Source: Squalus acanthias | Lineage: Eukaryota | Length of the DNA: 64,000 nucleotides | Assembly (NCBI GenBank): GCA_030390025.1 | Contig: CM059432.1 | Span: forward strand, 130,760,001-130,824,000 | Direction: 5' to 3' | Shown: positions 50,641 through 62,355 of the stretch, piece after piece | Layout of the letters: each line of letters opens with the position of its first letter | How positions within the stretch are numbered: the stretch's first letter is position 1 | Position numbers and translations under genes: made by a program | The notes under the pieces: generated by a model | What the model saw: only the letters and a program-made list of their open reading frames with translations | Databases searched by the model: none | Told to the model about the DNA's origin: nothing

Positions 50641-51039
50641 TTTACATTACACTTCTCTTAACACTACGGTGCTTCATTTACATGACGTCGTCCCATTAAG
50701 TCATCCTCGGTTCCGAGGGACTGCCTAAGAAGATAAAGAACAATATAGTACTTCATTAACATTACACAACCTAATTTACATTACACTACCCTATTAACAA
50801 TGCAGTGCCTCATTTAAATTGGAACACTTTATTTAAGTTGCATCTTAATTTATATTCCAGCACCTCATTTACTTTACACCATTTTATTTACTTTGCACCA
50901 TCTCGTTAACTTTACAATATCTCATTAACATACAATGCCTCATTTACTTTATATAGTGTATTCATGAAAGTCAGGGCTGCTGTTGTCTGTGACGCTGTAA
51001 TTTAAAGAGAGCCATAACATTTATTTTCTTCTTTTTCAG

Positions 51040-51200
51040 AAGCACGTCATCAAATCTAGCAATACATGAAGAGATTGCAAACCTACAGCTGAAGGTTGCA
51101 GCCATTTCTCAACAGCAGGAAAATGCAACTTCAAAACTCACCAGCGAGTTACAGAGAACACAAGATTTGATCAATGAAGTCCTCAGACACATTGCACCTG
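51040..51200 (+). CDS. TRP-like channel, exon O (C-terminal coiled coil)
   Basis: ctttttcag acceptor; phase 2 fits exon N; QSTSSNLAIHEEIANLQLKVAAISQQQENATSKLTSELQRTQDLINEVLRHIAP shows a heptad pattern; G|gtaata donor. Confidence 0.75.
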
Positions 51201-51289
51201 GTAATAAGTTGATACAATTCGGGAAAATGGTCTGCAAGAAAGATGCTGTTCACTTATTAGCAATAATTACTCTGAATACCAAATATAAA

Positions 51290-51989
51290 GGGGGAAAAAT
51301 TGGGTTGCTTTGTGCCTCCCGTTCGTGCTAATGGGGTGCAAAGTCCCTAGCACGCGGTGCCGCTAACACCTCCCGCCAAATTCAGCGGGAGGTTAGCGAC
51401 GGCGGTAGCCGGTAGCGCCCCATGGCGCTCTGCCATCGGCGATGACGTCATCGCCGTGCGCAGTGCCCCGGCCGCGCCCCCTGATCTATCGCCGGACGAT
51501 ATGTCCGACAGGGTCAGGGTGGCGTTTTTGCAGCCGCTGCGGCGCTAGTTAAAGGGCAGGTGTTGGGCGGCCATTTTTTTGGGCCGACTGCCAGCATCTG
51601 CCCCCTTCCCCTTTTTTATTCAGGGTGCCGGCCGCAATCGCTCAGCCCGGCACTCCTCGACTGCTGGGCTGCTTTCCCGGCACCCCGCTCCCCAGTGGTC
51701 CAGCAGGGACCCGGTGCGCACAGCGCTAGGCCCCTCCCCTTTAATCGGGAGGGAGGCCTGCAACACCGCGGCGCTACATGCCGACGCGCGTGGCGCTGTT
51801 GCACGTAGCCCCGCGATATTCAGTTGCAGCGCCCCAGGAAGGAGGTGGAGAGCTTCCAGTAGCGCCCGCCTCCTGCTTGGGGCGCTACCACTGAATTGAC
51901 GGTGCAGGACGCTAACCTTTTCGGGGTGCTAAAAGTAGCGCCCCGGCGAAGTTAGCATCCCAAAGGGGGCGCCACCGAATTTCTCCCCC
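51290..51989. mobile_element. Harbinger MITE related to 44128-48210
   Basis: TIRs gggggaaaaatt / gggggagaaatt; AAA TSD; subterminal gcctcccgtt...gctaatgggg.gcaaag shared with the large element. Confidence 0.85.
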
Positions 51990-52538
51990 AAAGAGTTTAA
52001 ATGATTTTATGACGAATAATCGGTCCTCTAGAGTGATTACAAGGCATAAACTTATTTGGGATTTGGATGGTATTATTAAGACCAAGAGAGAACTTCAAGG
52101 CACCCATAAAAGGTATCTGAATCCCAAAATAAGAGGACTACCAAGAAACCATGCCCATGCACCATGTATTCATAATTTTTATAATGCACTAGTGGATGTC
52201 CAGTAGTGTTGTGCGTGGTGTGTAATTTGGTTAGCTTGCTAAGCACCAACAATAATCGTCACAACCAATCAAGCAGAATCAGAGGGGTTCCCTTCCTCCA
52301 CATCAGGATTTCTCTCCCTCTGTCTCTTTCACCCCTACCTGCTCCTCTGGGTTCCTTTCCTAGTTCCTTCAGCAAGGTACTTCCCCCTCAACTGGTTTTC
52401 TCTTTCTCTTGCCATTCCTCAACAGGGTCTTTCTCACTCTCTCATTTCTTTCTGTTCCTTCAACTGGGTCATTCTGTTTCTCCCTTCCCCCTTCCAACAA
52501 CTTCTGCACATGTGTGTCTCTCTGTTTCTGCTTCCCAG

Positions 52539-52618
52539 GGTGTGACGTTGCGAAACTAAAAATAAGTAAAATCTGGAGTCTGATAATTGGAAATAGACTC
52601 CTGCACATGTGCATATAG
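52539..52618 (+). CDS. candidate terminal coding exon P1 of the TRP-like channel
   Basis: strong pyrimidine tract and cttcccag acceptor; phase-1 frame GCDVAKLKISKIWSLIIGNRLLHMCI ends in TAG, followed directly by a gtaaga donor. Confidence 0.35.
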
Positions 52619-55600
52619 GTAAGATGAAGAAAGAGCCAAACCATATGGTAGTTCTTGAAAATTGTCTTTTTCACAGCGATGGACCTGTGCACATGTTCAT
52701 TTTGGAGCATGTCTCTTTTTTATTATATTATGTGGAAAAAAAACATTTTTAGTGGAATATAGTAGGTAGCTGAGGAACAGTCATGGTAGCTGCAACTTAG
52801 AGATTTTTTTGCTAGAATATGATTGTGTAGAAATTATTTTGATGAAATATGATTGGGGAAAAAATTTAAATTGGGCAGAAAGTTTTCCATATTATGATTA
52901 ATAAATGCGAAAGGTAGAAAGCAACGAATTAGAAAAGAGAAAATCACAGGAAGTTTGAGGAAGAGAAAATCAACGGTCAAACACAGCGGTCAAAATGTGG
53001 ATGACAGATAGAATGCATATAACGCGAAAAATGTCATTATTAAAATACTATGGGATTAGTAGGACCATTTTGCTGCTTTAGTTTAGCCACCAGTCACGGT
53101 GGATTTTGTCATCAGGATGTGCCATGTCATAGAGTCATAACGGCACAGAAGGAGGCCATTCGGCCCATCGAGTCCGTGCCAGCTCTCTGTAGAGCAATCC
53201 AGTCAGTCCCATTCCCCCGCTCTATCCCCGTAGCCCTGCGAGTTTATTTCCCTCAAGTGCCTATCCAGTCTCCCCTTGAAAACACTGAGTGTCTCTGCTT
53301 CCATCACTTCCGTCGGCAGCGAGTTCCAGGTCCTCACCACTCGCTGCGTAAAAAAGTCTTTCCTCACATCCCCCCCTGTATCTCTTGCTCGAAACCTTAA
53401 ATTTGTGCCATCAACTAGTGGGAACAGCCTTTCCCCGTCTAGCCTATCCAAATCCATCCTAATCTTGTATACCTCTATCAAATCACCCCTCAACCTCCTT
53501 TGTTCTAATGAAAACAAATCTTGCTTCTCCAACCTGTCCTTGTAGCTAAGATCCACCATCCCCGGAACCATTCTGGTAAATCTCCTCTGCACCCTCTCAA
53601 GGGCCTTCACATCCTTCCTAAAGTATGGTGATCAGAACTGGACGCAATACTCCAGTTGTGGCCTAACCAGCGCTTTATAAAGGTTCAGCATAACTTCTCT
53701 ACTTTTGTACTCAATACCTCTATTTATGAAGCCCAATATCCCATATGCTTTGTTAACCACTCTCTCAATATGTCCTGCCACCTTCAGGGACCTATGCACA
53801 TTAACTCCCAGGTCCCTCTGTCCCTGCACACTCTTTAAAACTGTGCCATTAAGTGTATATTGCCTCTCCCTGTTCCTTCTGCCAAAATGCATCACCTCAC
53901 ACTTCTCTGTATTAAATTCCACTTGTCTGCCCGTTCTGCTAGCCTTTCTATGTCCTTTTGCAGTCGATTGGTATCATCCTCACTGTTTGCCACACCCCCA
54001 AGTTTGGTGTCATCGGCAAATTTAGAAATTCTACACTGTATTCCAATATCCAGGTCATTTATATATCAAAAAAAGCAGTGGCCCCAGCACTGACCCTTGG
54101 GGAACACCACTGTCTACCATCCTCCAGTCTGAAAAATAGCCATTTACCACAACTCGCTGTTTTCTGTCCTTAAGCCAATTCCTTATCCAAGCTGCCACTG
54201 ACCCACCTATTCCATGAGCCTCAATTTTGTTAACCAGCCTTCTATGTGGTACTTTGTCAAACGCCTTCCTAAAATCCATGCAGACAACATCCATTGCATT
54301 CTCTTCATCAATCCTCTCTGTTACTTCATCAAAAAATTCAATTAGATTAGTGAAACACGATCTGCCTTTCACAAATCCATGTTGGCTCTCCTTAATTAGC
54401 TTAAACCTCTCCAAGTGCCCGTTAATTTTTTCCTTGATTATTGTTTCTAAAACTTTACCCACCACTGATGTTAAACTGACCAGCCTGTAGTTACTAGGAT
54501 TGTCCTTACACCCTTTCTTGAACAATGGTGTCACATTTGCAACTTTCCAATCCTCAGGCATCTCCCCTGCATCTAGGGAAGATTGGAAAATTATGGCAAG
54601 CCCTTCCGCAATCTCCTCCCCCAATTCCCTTAGCAACCTGGGATGCAAGCCATCTGGACCAGGCAACATGTCCACTCTAAGCATACCCAGCCTTTCTCAT
54701 ACATACTGTCTAGCAATTTTCACCCCTTCAATTGCTTCTACTTTTTCATTTCTACTGATATTTTGTCAGCATCCACCTCCTTAGTAAACACCGATACAAA
54801 GTACTCATTGAGTATTCCAGCCTTGCCCTGCGCCTCTAAGCATATATCACCTTCTTTGTCTCTAATAGGCCCCACCCCGCCTCTTACTACCCGCTTACTG
54901 TTTACATGCCGGTAGAAGATTTTTGGGTTCCCTTTTATGTTAACTGCCATTCTACTCTCATATTCTCTCTTTGCCAATCTTATTTTCATCTTCACATCCC
55001 CTCTCAATTTATTGTATTTGGTCTGGTTCTCCCTTGAAGAATTCACCTGACATGCATCATACACCATCTTTTTTTGTTTCATCATCTTCTCTATCTCCCT
55101 CGTCATCTAAGGAGCCCTTGCTTTGGTTCCCTTACCCTTCCCTCTTGTTGGAATGTACCTAGCCTGTACTTGGAACATCTCCTCCTTAAAGATCACCCAT
55201 TGTTCCGTTACAGTTTTTTCTGTCAGTCTTCGGTTCCATTTTACCCTGGCTAGATCCTTTCGCATCCCATTGAAGTTAGCCCTATTCCAGTTTAGAAGTT
55301 CCCCTCTCGATTGTTCCTTGCTCCTCTCCATTGCTAATCTAAATCTTGTGATACAATGATCACTCATACCCAAGTGTTCTCCCACAGACACTTGGTCGAC
55401 CTGGCCCACCTCATTCCCAGCACCAGATCCAGCAATGCCTCCTTCGTAGTTGGGCCAAGAGCATATTGGTCAAGGAAATTCTCCTTAACACATTTCAGAA
55501 ATTCCTCCCCCTCCTTTCCCTTTACCCTAGCATTATCCCAATCGATATTTGGGTAATTAAAGTCCCCCAATATCACCACTCTATAGCTCTTGCATATCTC

Positions 55601-55762
55601 TGCGATTTCCCTGCCGATTTGCTCCTCTACCTCCCTCTCACTATTTGGAGGCCTATAGAATACCCCCAATAGCGTGATCATACCCTTTTTGCTCCTCAAG
55701 TCTAACCAAATGGATTCTGTCCTTGTCCCCTGAAGAACATCCTCCTTTTCCAACACTACATT

Positions 55763-56506
55763 GGGCCCGAAATTCGGCTCCCTGGCTTCCCGCGGGTGCA
55801 AGGATCGCGCGCGCACCTACCTACCGCGCCTGCCGTTGACCTCTGGGCCCACGGGGACTTCAGCTCCTGGGCCTCCTCCAACTGCCGGCGCGCAGTGCTT
55901 GTGTATCCCAGGGGCGTAGTTAGTGCGATGCGTCCCCTGGGATCACGTGGGCCATGGAGAGCCAATGGCAGCAGACCATCTTTCATTCATAGATTTGACC
56001 TGTCAAATCTATGAATACAGATCGGCCCCAAAACATCCCTAAAACTACAAATAAATTTAAAAAAAAACATCACATTTTTAAAATAACTATAAATTACATT
56101 AATTAACTATTTTAAACAAAAATTTAAATTTTTGAAAAAATTAATTACAATTTTTAACAGGGCTAAAACTAAACTTACCTTTCTTTAAAGTAATTAAAAA
56201 AGATAAATCTGTGAAAAAAATGTTTAAATTTTAATAAAATCAACACTTACCTTGTTAAAAGGCCTTGTGCATCCTTTTTAAAAGTGTATCTTCTCCGTGC
56301 TTACCCTCACGGAGGAACCTGTAAAAAAATCCGAAGTGCGAGGCGAACGCGCTGGCCCTCCGGCGTGCGCGTTCGACCTCTGAACCCCTTTCCTCAGGGG
56401 AACGGAAGTGCCGGTTTCCCGTGCATGCGCAGTGCATGCAAGAAACCGGCACTTTCGTTCCGTCCACGGGTGAGTACACACCTGACAACAGCCGAATTTC
56501 TGCCCC
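55763..56506. mobile_element. Harbinger MITE inserted in the CR1 endonuclease
   Basis: TIRs gggcccgaaattcggct / ggggcagaaattcggct; flanks att/aat; removal rejoins VLIKED..VVLEKEDV. Confidence 0.85.
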
Positions 56507-56879
56507 AATGTCTTCCTTAATCAGCACTGCCACCCCACCTCCCTTTTTTCCTTCCCTATCTTTTCTGAACACCTTGTACCCTTGAATATTAAGCGCCCAG
56601 TCCTCACCATTTTTAAACCACGTTTCCATTATTGCCACATCATATTGCCACGCAGCTAATTGTGCTTATAGCTCACCAACCTTATTCATCACACTTTGTG
56701 TGTTTACATACATGCATTCTAAACCCATTTTTTAATTTTTCTTAGTCTGCTCCTATCTAATATGGTACTACTACTGCCTCTAGTACTATCTTCTCTAGTA
56801 CTATCCAACACAATCACTCTTTTATGCACCTTATTCCTCTTTTCTACTCCTATATGCTGGTGCCCATCCCCCTGCCAAG

Positions 56880-57819
56880 CTAGTTTAAACCCTCCACAAC
56901 AGCACTAACAAACCTCCCCGCGAGAATATTGGTCCCGGCTCTGTTGAGGTGTAACCTGTCCGGCTTGTACAGGTCCCACCTTCCCCAGAAATGGTCCCAA
57001 TGCCTCAGGAATCTAAAGCCCTCCCTCCTGCACCATCTCTCCAGCCACGCATTCATCTGTTCTATCCTCCTATTCCTGTACTCACTAGCACGTGGCACCG
57101 GGAGTAATTCGGAGATTACTACATTTGAGGTCCTGCTTTTTAATCTCTCTCCTAGCTCCCTAAACTCTGCCTGCAGGACCTCATCCCTCTTTCTGCCTAT
57201 GTCGTTGGTACCGATATGGACAACGACCTCTGGCTGTTCACCCTCCCCCCTCAGAGTGTCCTGCAGCCGCTCAGTGACATCCTTGACCCTGGCACCAGGG
57301 AGGCAACATACCATCCTGCAGTCACGTCTATGGCCGCAGAAACGCCTGTCTGCTCCCCTAACTATTGAATCCCCTACCACTATTGCTCTACCACTCTTTT
57401 TCTTCCCCCCCCCCTGTGCAGCTGAGCCACCCGTGGTGCTGTGGACTTGACTCTGGCTGCACTCCCCAGAGGAACCATCACCCTCACCAGTACTCAGAAC
57501 AGAATACTGGTTGGAGAGCGCGATGCACTCCGGGAACTCCTGCACTACCTGCCTGGTCCTCCTCTTCTGTCTAGCGGTCAGCCATTCCCTCTCTGCCTGC
57601 ATACTCTTAAGCTGTGGGGTGACCACCTCTAGAAACATGCTATCCACGCAACTCTCAGCCTCGCGGATGCACCGCAGTGACTCCAGCCGCCGCTCAAGCT
57701 CCGAAACCCTGTAGTTGGCGGCACTTCCCGCACGTGTGGTCGTCCAGGCTACGCCAAGTGTCCAGGACTTCCCACATGGCACAGGATGTGCACTCCATGG
57801 GACTGAGCTGCCCTGCCAT
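56880..57819 (-). pseudogene. CR1 ORF1p: Cys-pair zinc finger, coiled coil and SGNH esterase; one frameshift
   Basis: MAGQLSPMECTSC...CGKC, frameshift near 57712 into RVSELERRLESL; VVGDSIVR, HIGTNDIG and DRLHLN SGNH blocks. Confidence 0.88.
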
Positions 57820-58131
57820 GCCTCTATTTAATAGACTAAGAACTAACCCAGCAGAAATAAACTTAAAACTTAACAAAAAACACTCTCCAGCTATTCACCA
57901 ATCAGCTCTTTCCCTCTATTTAATAGGCTAGTAACTAACTTAGCAGAAATAAACTTATAAACTTAAATAATACACTCACCAGCTACTCACCAATCAGCTG
58001 CTTCCTTTGTGCCGACGTCACTTTTTTTACTCTGACGTCACTTTTTCAAAAACTGCCTCTGTTGAGTTGCTGCCGCTCGGGACTGCGACTGCTCCTTTTA
58101 ACTGCTCGTTCTCGCTGTGCTCCCACCAGGT

Positions 58132-59410
58132 CCGCTCTTTCCGGTGCTACTCCCACTCTCGGCGCTCTTTATACCGCTGCTCCCGCTCTCGGCGCTCTTT
58201 ATACCGCTGCTCCTGCTCTCGGCGCTCTTTATACCACTGCCCCCGCTCTCGGCGCTCTTTATACCGCTGCTCCTGCTCTCGGCGCTCTTTATACCACTGC
58301 TCCCGCTCTCGGCGCTCTTTATATCGCTGCTCCCACTCTCGGCGCTCTTTATACCGCTGCTCCCGCTCTCGGCGCTCTTTATACCGCTGCTCCTGCTCTC
58401 GGCGCTCTTTATACCGCTGCTCCCGCTCTCGGCGCTCTTTATACCGCTGCTCCCACTCTCGGCGCTCTTTATACCACTGCTCCCGCTCTCGGCGCTCTTT
58501 ATACCGCTGCTCCCGCTCTCGGCGCTCTTTATACCGCTGCTCCCGCTCTCGGCGCTCTTTATACCACTGCTCCTGCTCTCGGCGCTCTTTATACCGCTGC
58601 TCCTGCTCTCGGCGCTCTTTATACCGCTGCTCCCACTCTCGGTGCTCTTTGTACCGCTGCTCCCACTCTCGGTGCTCTTTATACCACTGCTCCCGCTCTC
58701 GGCGCTCTTTATACCGCTGCTCCCGCTCTCAGCGCTCTTTGTGCCGCTGCTCCCGCTCTCGGCGCTCTTTATACCGCTGCTCCCACTCTCGGTGCTCTTT
58801 GAGCCACTGCTCCCGCTCTCGGCGCTCTTTATACCGCTGCTCCCTCTCTCGGCGCTCTTTATACCACTGCTCCCGCTCTCGGCGCTCTTTATACCACTGC
58901 TCCCGCTCTCGGCGCTCTTTATACCGCTGCTCCCGCTCTCGGCGCTCTTTATACCGCTGCTCCCGCTCTCGGCGCTCTTTATACCGCTGCTCCCACTCTT
59001 GGCGCTCTTTATACCGCTGCTCCCACTCTCGGCGCTCTTTATAACTCTGCTCCCACTCTCGGCGCTCTTTATACCGCTGCTCCCACTCTCGGCGCTCTTT
59101 GAGCCGCTGCTCCCACTCTCGGCGCTCTTTATACCGCTGCTCCCGCTCTCGGCGCTCTTTATACCGCTGCTCCCACTCTCGGCGCTCTTTGAGCTGCTGC
59201 TCCCGCTCTCGGCGCTCTTTATACCGCTGCTCCCGCTCTCGGCACTCTTTATACCGCTGCCCCCGCTCTCGGCGCTCTTTATACCGCTGCTCCCGCTCTC
59301 GGCGCTCTTTATACCGCTGCTCCCGCTCTCGGCGCTCTTTATACCACTGCTCCCGCTCTCGGCGCTCTTTATACCACTGCTCCCGCTCTCGGCGCTCTTT
59401 ATACCGCTGC
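58132..59410. repeat. 30-bp minisatellite array 1 (about 42 units) in the CR1 5' UTR
   Basis: unit CTCTTTATACCGCTGCTCCCGCTCTCGGCG, head-to-tail with no spacers. Confidence 0.95.
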
Positions 59411-60165
59411 CACTATTGCTCTACCACTCTTTTTCTTCCCCCCCCCCTGTGCAGCTGAGCCACCCGTGGTGCTGTGGACTTGACTCTGGCTGCACTCCCC
59501 AGAGGAACCATCACCCTCACCAGTACTCAGAACAGAATACTGGTTGGAGAGCGCGATGCACTCCGGGAACTCCTGCACTACCTGCCTGGTCCTCCTCTTC
59601 TGTCTAGCGGTCAGCCATTCCCTCTCTGCCTGCATACTCTTAAGCTGTGGGGTGACCACCTCTAGAAACATGCTATCCACGCAACTCTCAGCCTCGCGGA
59701 TGCACCGCAGTGACTCCAGCCGCCGCTCAAGCTCCGAAACCCTGTAGTTGGCGGCACTTCCCGCACGTGTGGTCGTCCAGGCTACGCCAAGTGTCCAGGA
59801 CTTCCCACATGGCACAGGATGTGCACTCCATGGGACTGAGCTGCCCTGCCATGCCTCTATTTAATAGACTAAGAACTAACCCAGCAGAAATAAACTTAAA
59901 ACTTAACAAAAAACACTCTCCAGCTATTCACCAATCAGCTCTTTCCCTCTATTTAATAGGCTAGTAACTAACTTAGCAGAAATAAACTTATAAACTTAAA
60001 TAATACACTCACCAGCTACTCACCAATCAGCTGCTTCCTTTGTGCCGACGTCACTTTTTTTACTCTGACGTCACTTTTTCAAAAACTGCCTCTGTTGAGT
60101 TGCTGCCGCTCGGGACTGCGACTGCTCCTTTTAACTGCTCGTTCTCGCTGTGCTCCCACCAGGTC
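59410..60165 (-). repeat. tandem duplicate (offset 2033 bp) of 57377-58132
   Basis: identical by eye to 57377-58132; the ORF track repeats at +2033 (57441/59474, 57694/59727). Confidence 0.95.
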
Positions 60166-61670
60166 CGCTCTTTCCGGTGCTACTCCCACTCTCGGCGCTC
60201 TTTATACCGCTGCTCCCGCTCTCGGCGCTCTTTATACCGCTGCTCCTGCTCTCGGCGCTCTTTATACCACTGCCCCCGCTCTCGGCGCTCTTTATACCGC
60301 TGCTCCTGCTCTCGGCGCTCTTTATACCACTGCTCCCGCTCTCGGCGCTCTTTATACCGCTGCTCCCACTCTCGGCGCTCTTTGAGCTGCTGCTCCGGCT
60401 CTCGGCGCTCTTTATACCGCTGCTCCCGCTCTCGGCGCTCTTTATACCGCTGCCCCCGCTCTCGGCGCTCTTTATACCGCTGCTCCCACTCTCGGCGCTC
60501 TTTATACCGCTGCTCCCGCTCTCGGCGCTCTTTATACCACTGCTCCCGCTCTCGGCGCTCTTTATACCACTGCTCCCGCTCTCGGCGCTCTTTATACCGC
60601 TGCTCCCGCTCTTGGCGCTCTTTATACCGCTGCTCCCGCTCTCGGCGCTCTTTATACCGCTGCTCCCGCTCTCGGCGCTCTTTATACCGCTGCTCCCGCT
60701 CTCGGCGCTCTTTATACCGCTGCTCCCGCTCTCGGCGCTCTTTATACCGCTGCTCCCGCTCTCGGCGCTCTTTATACCGCTGCTCCCGCTCTCGGCGCTC
60801 TTTATACCGCTGCTCCCGCTCTCGGCGCTCTTTATACCGCTGCTCCCGCTCTCGGCGCTCTTTATACCACTGCTCCCGCTCTCGGCGCTCTTTATACCGC
60901 TGCTCCCGCTCTCGGCGCTCTTTATACCGCTGCTCCCGCTCTCGGCGCTCTTTATACCGCTGCTCCCGCTCTCGGCGCTCTTTATACCGCTGCTCCCACT
61001 CTTGGCGCTCTTTATACCGCTGCTCCCACTCTCGGCGCTCTTTATAACTCTGCTCCCACTCTCGGCGCTCTTTATACCGCTGCTCCCACTCTCGGCGCTC
61101 TTTGAGCCGCTGCTCCCACTCTCGGCGCTCTTTATACCGCTGCTCCCACTCTCGGCGCTCTTTATACCGCTGCTCCCGCTCTCGGCGCTCTTTATACCGC
61201 TGCTCCCACTCTCGGCGCTCTTTGAGCCGCTGCTCCCGCTCTCGGCGCTCTTTATACCGCTGCTCCTGCTCGCGGCGCTCTTTATACCGCTGCTCCCACT
61301 CTCGGCGCTCTTTATACCGCTGCTCCCACTCTTGGCGCTCTTTATACCGCTGCTCCCACTCTCGGCGCTCTTTATAACTCTGCTCCCACTCTCGGCGCTC
61401 TTTATACCGCTGCTCCCACTCTCGGCGCTCTTTGAGCCGCTGCTCCCACTCTCGGCGCTCTTTATACCGCTGCTCCCACTCTCGGCGCTCTTTATACCGC
61501 TGCTCCCGCTCTCGGCGCTCTTTATACCGCTGCTCCCACTCTCAGCGCTCTTTGAGCCGCTGCTCCCGCTCTCGGCGCTCTTTATACCGCTGCTCCTGCT
61601 CGCGGCGCTCTTTATACCGCTGCTCCCACTCTCGGCGCTCTTTGTGCCGCTGCTCCCACTCTTGGCGCTC
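60165..61670. repeat. 30-bp minisatellite array 2 (about 50 units)
   Basis: same unit as array 1; the first several unit variants occur in the same order. Confidence 0.95.
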
Positions 61671-62172
61671 TTGGTCGTTGGTGAATGATGAGATCGACAC
61701 TGAAGGATCAATGGTTATGAGCTGCTGGCCAGCGGTGATGCTCTTTACATAGAGAGAGGGGAAATTGAATGAGGAATGTCATGATTGATCATTATTGCAA
61801 GCCTGCTGACAGGCAGACAAAATGGGACTGGCTAAACTGGAGTTTGCTCAGAGCATGTTTTTTATCTCTGACTTTTTGTAACCTTTGACCAAGACCTTTT
61901 TTTTTGTCAGTTTTCTCAAAGTACTCAGTTTGCCTCAGTAGGAGTGGATACTCAATTGCTGGGAGAAAAGAAGGTTTAAAATTTCTAAAAATACTCGTCA
62001 ATGTCCTGTCACATTGCACATGGGGAGTTAAGACCAAGTCTAGTTTACAGTTGAAGTGGGGTTAGAGGCCGGGGTGGGGGGGGAGCGGGGGGGGGGTCGA
62101 AGATATTTAGACCGGCTGTGCAGACATATGTCAGTCATTTTAAGGTTATACTTTCTTTCCTTATTTTTATAC

Positions 62173-62355
62173 TTCCATTATAAATTCCTATGTCCATATT
62201 TATAATAGAAACTGCCTTTGTCTCCCTGTAATGCCGCCCTTCTGCCAATGGGGGCGCTGCAATCGTTCCACTGGCAGCGGAGCAGGAATTACAGTGTGAC
62301 AAGTTTATGTCGGCAGTTCCTTATGTAAATGTGGTCATAGGAATTTATAATGGAA
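62173..62355. repeat. about 183-bp near-complete foldback inverted repeat
   Basis: ttccattataaattcctatg...aactgcc pairs with ggcagtt...cataggaatttataatggaa; inner arms also pair. Confidence 0.85.

Larger units (their letters stand above)
53127..61672 (-). mobile_element. essentially full-length CR1 LINE (5' UTR, ORF1, ORF2, tail), inactivated, with duplicated 5' end
   Basis: tail atgactctatg at about 53128; RT at 53200-54800; APE endonuclease at 55100-56730 (stops and frameshifts); ORF1 at 56880-57819; minisatellite 5' UTR. Confidence 0.9.

Noticed and set aside
211..51200. Assigning the symbol TRPA1 or TRPV1-6
   Set aside because: The filter, S2-S3 loop and post-S6 helix do not match those subfamilies; orthology needs a phylogeny.
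58132..61670. CRISPR-like array
   Set aside because: Units are head-to-tail with no unique spacers, there are no cas genes, and the context is eukaryotic.
58007..61752. Long ORFs (335-526 aa; LLPLSALFIP, GIKSAESGSS and RRSLYRCSRS repeats)
   Set aside because: They arise from a stop-free 30-bp minisatellite that is open in several frames on both strands; there is no evidence of coding.
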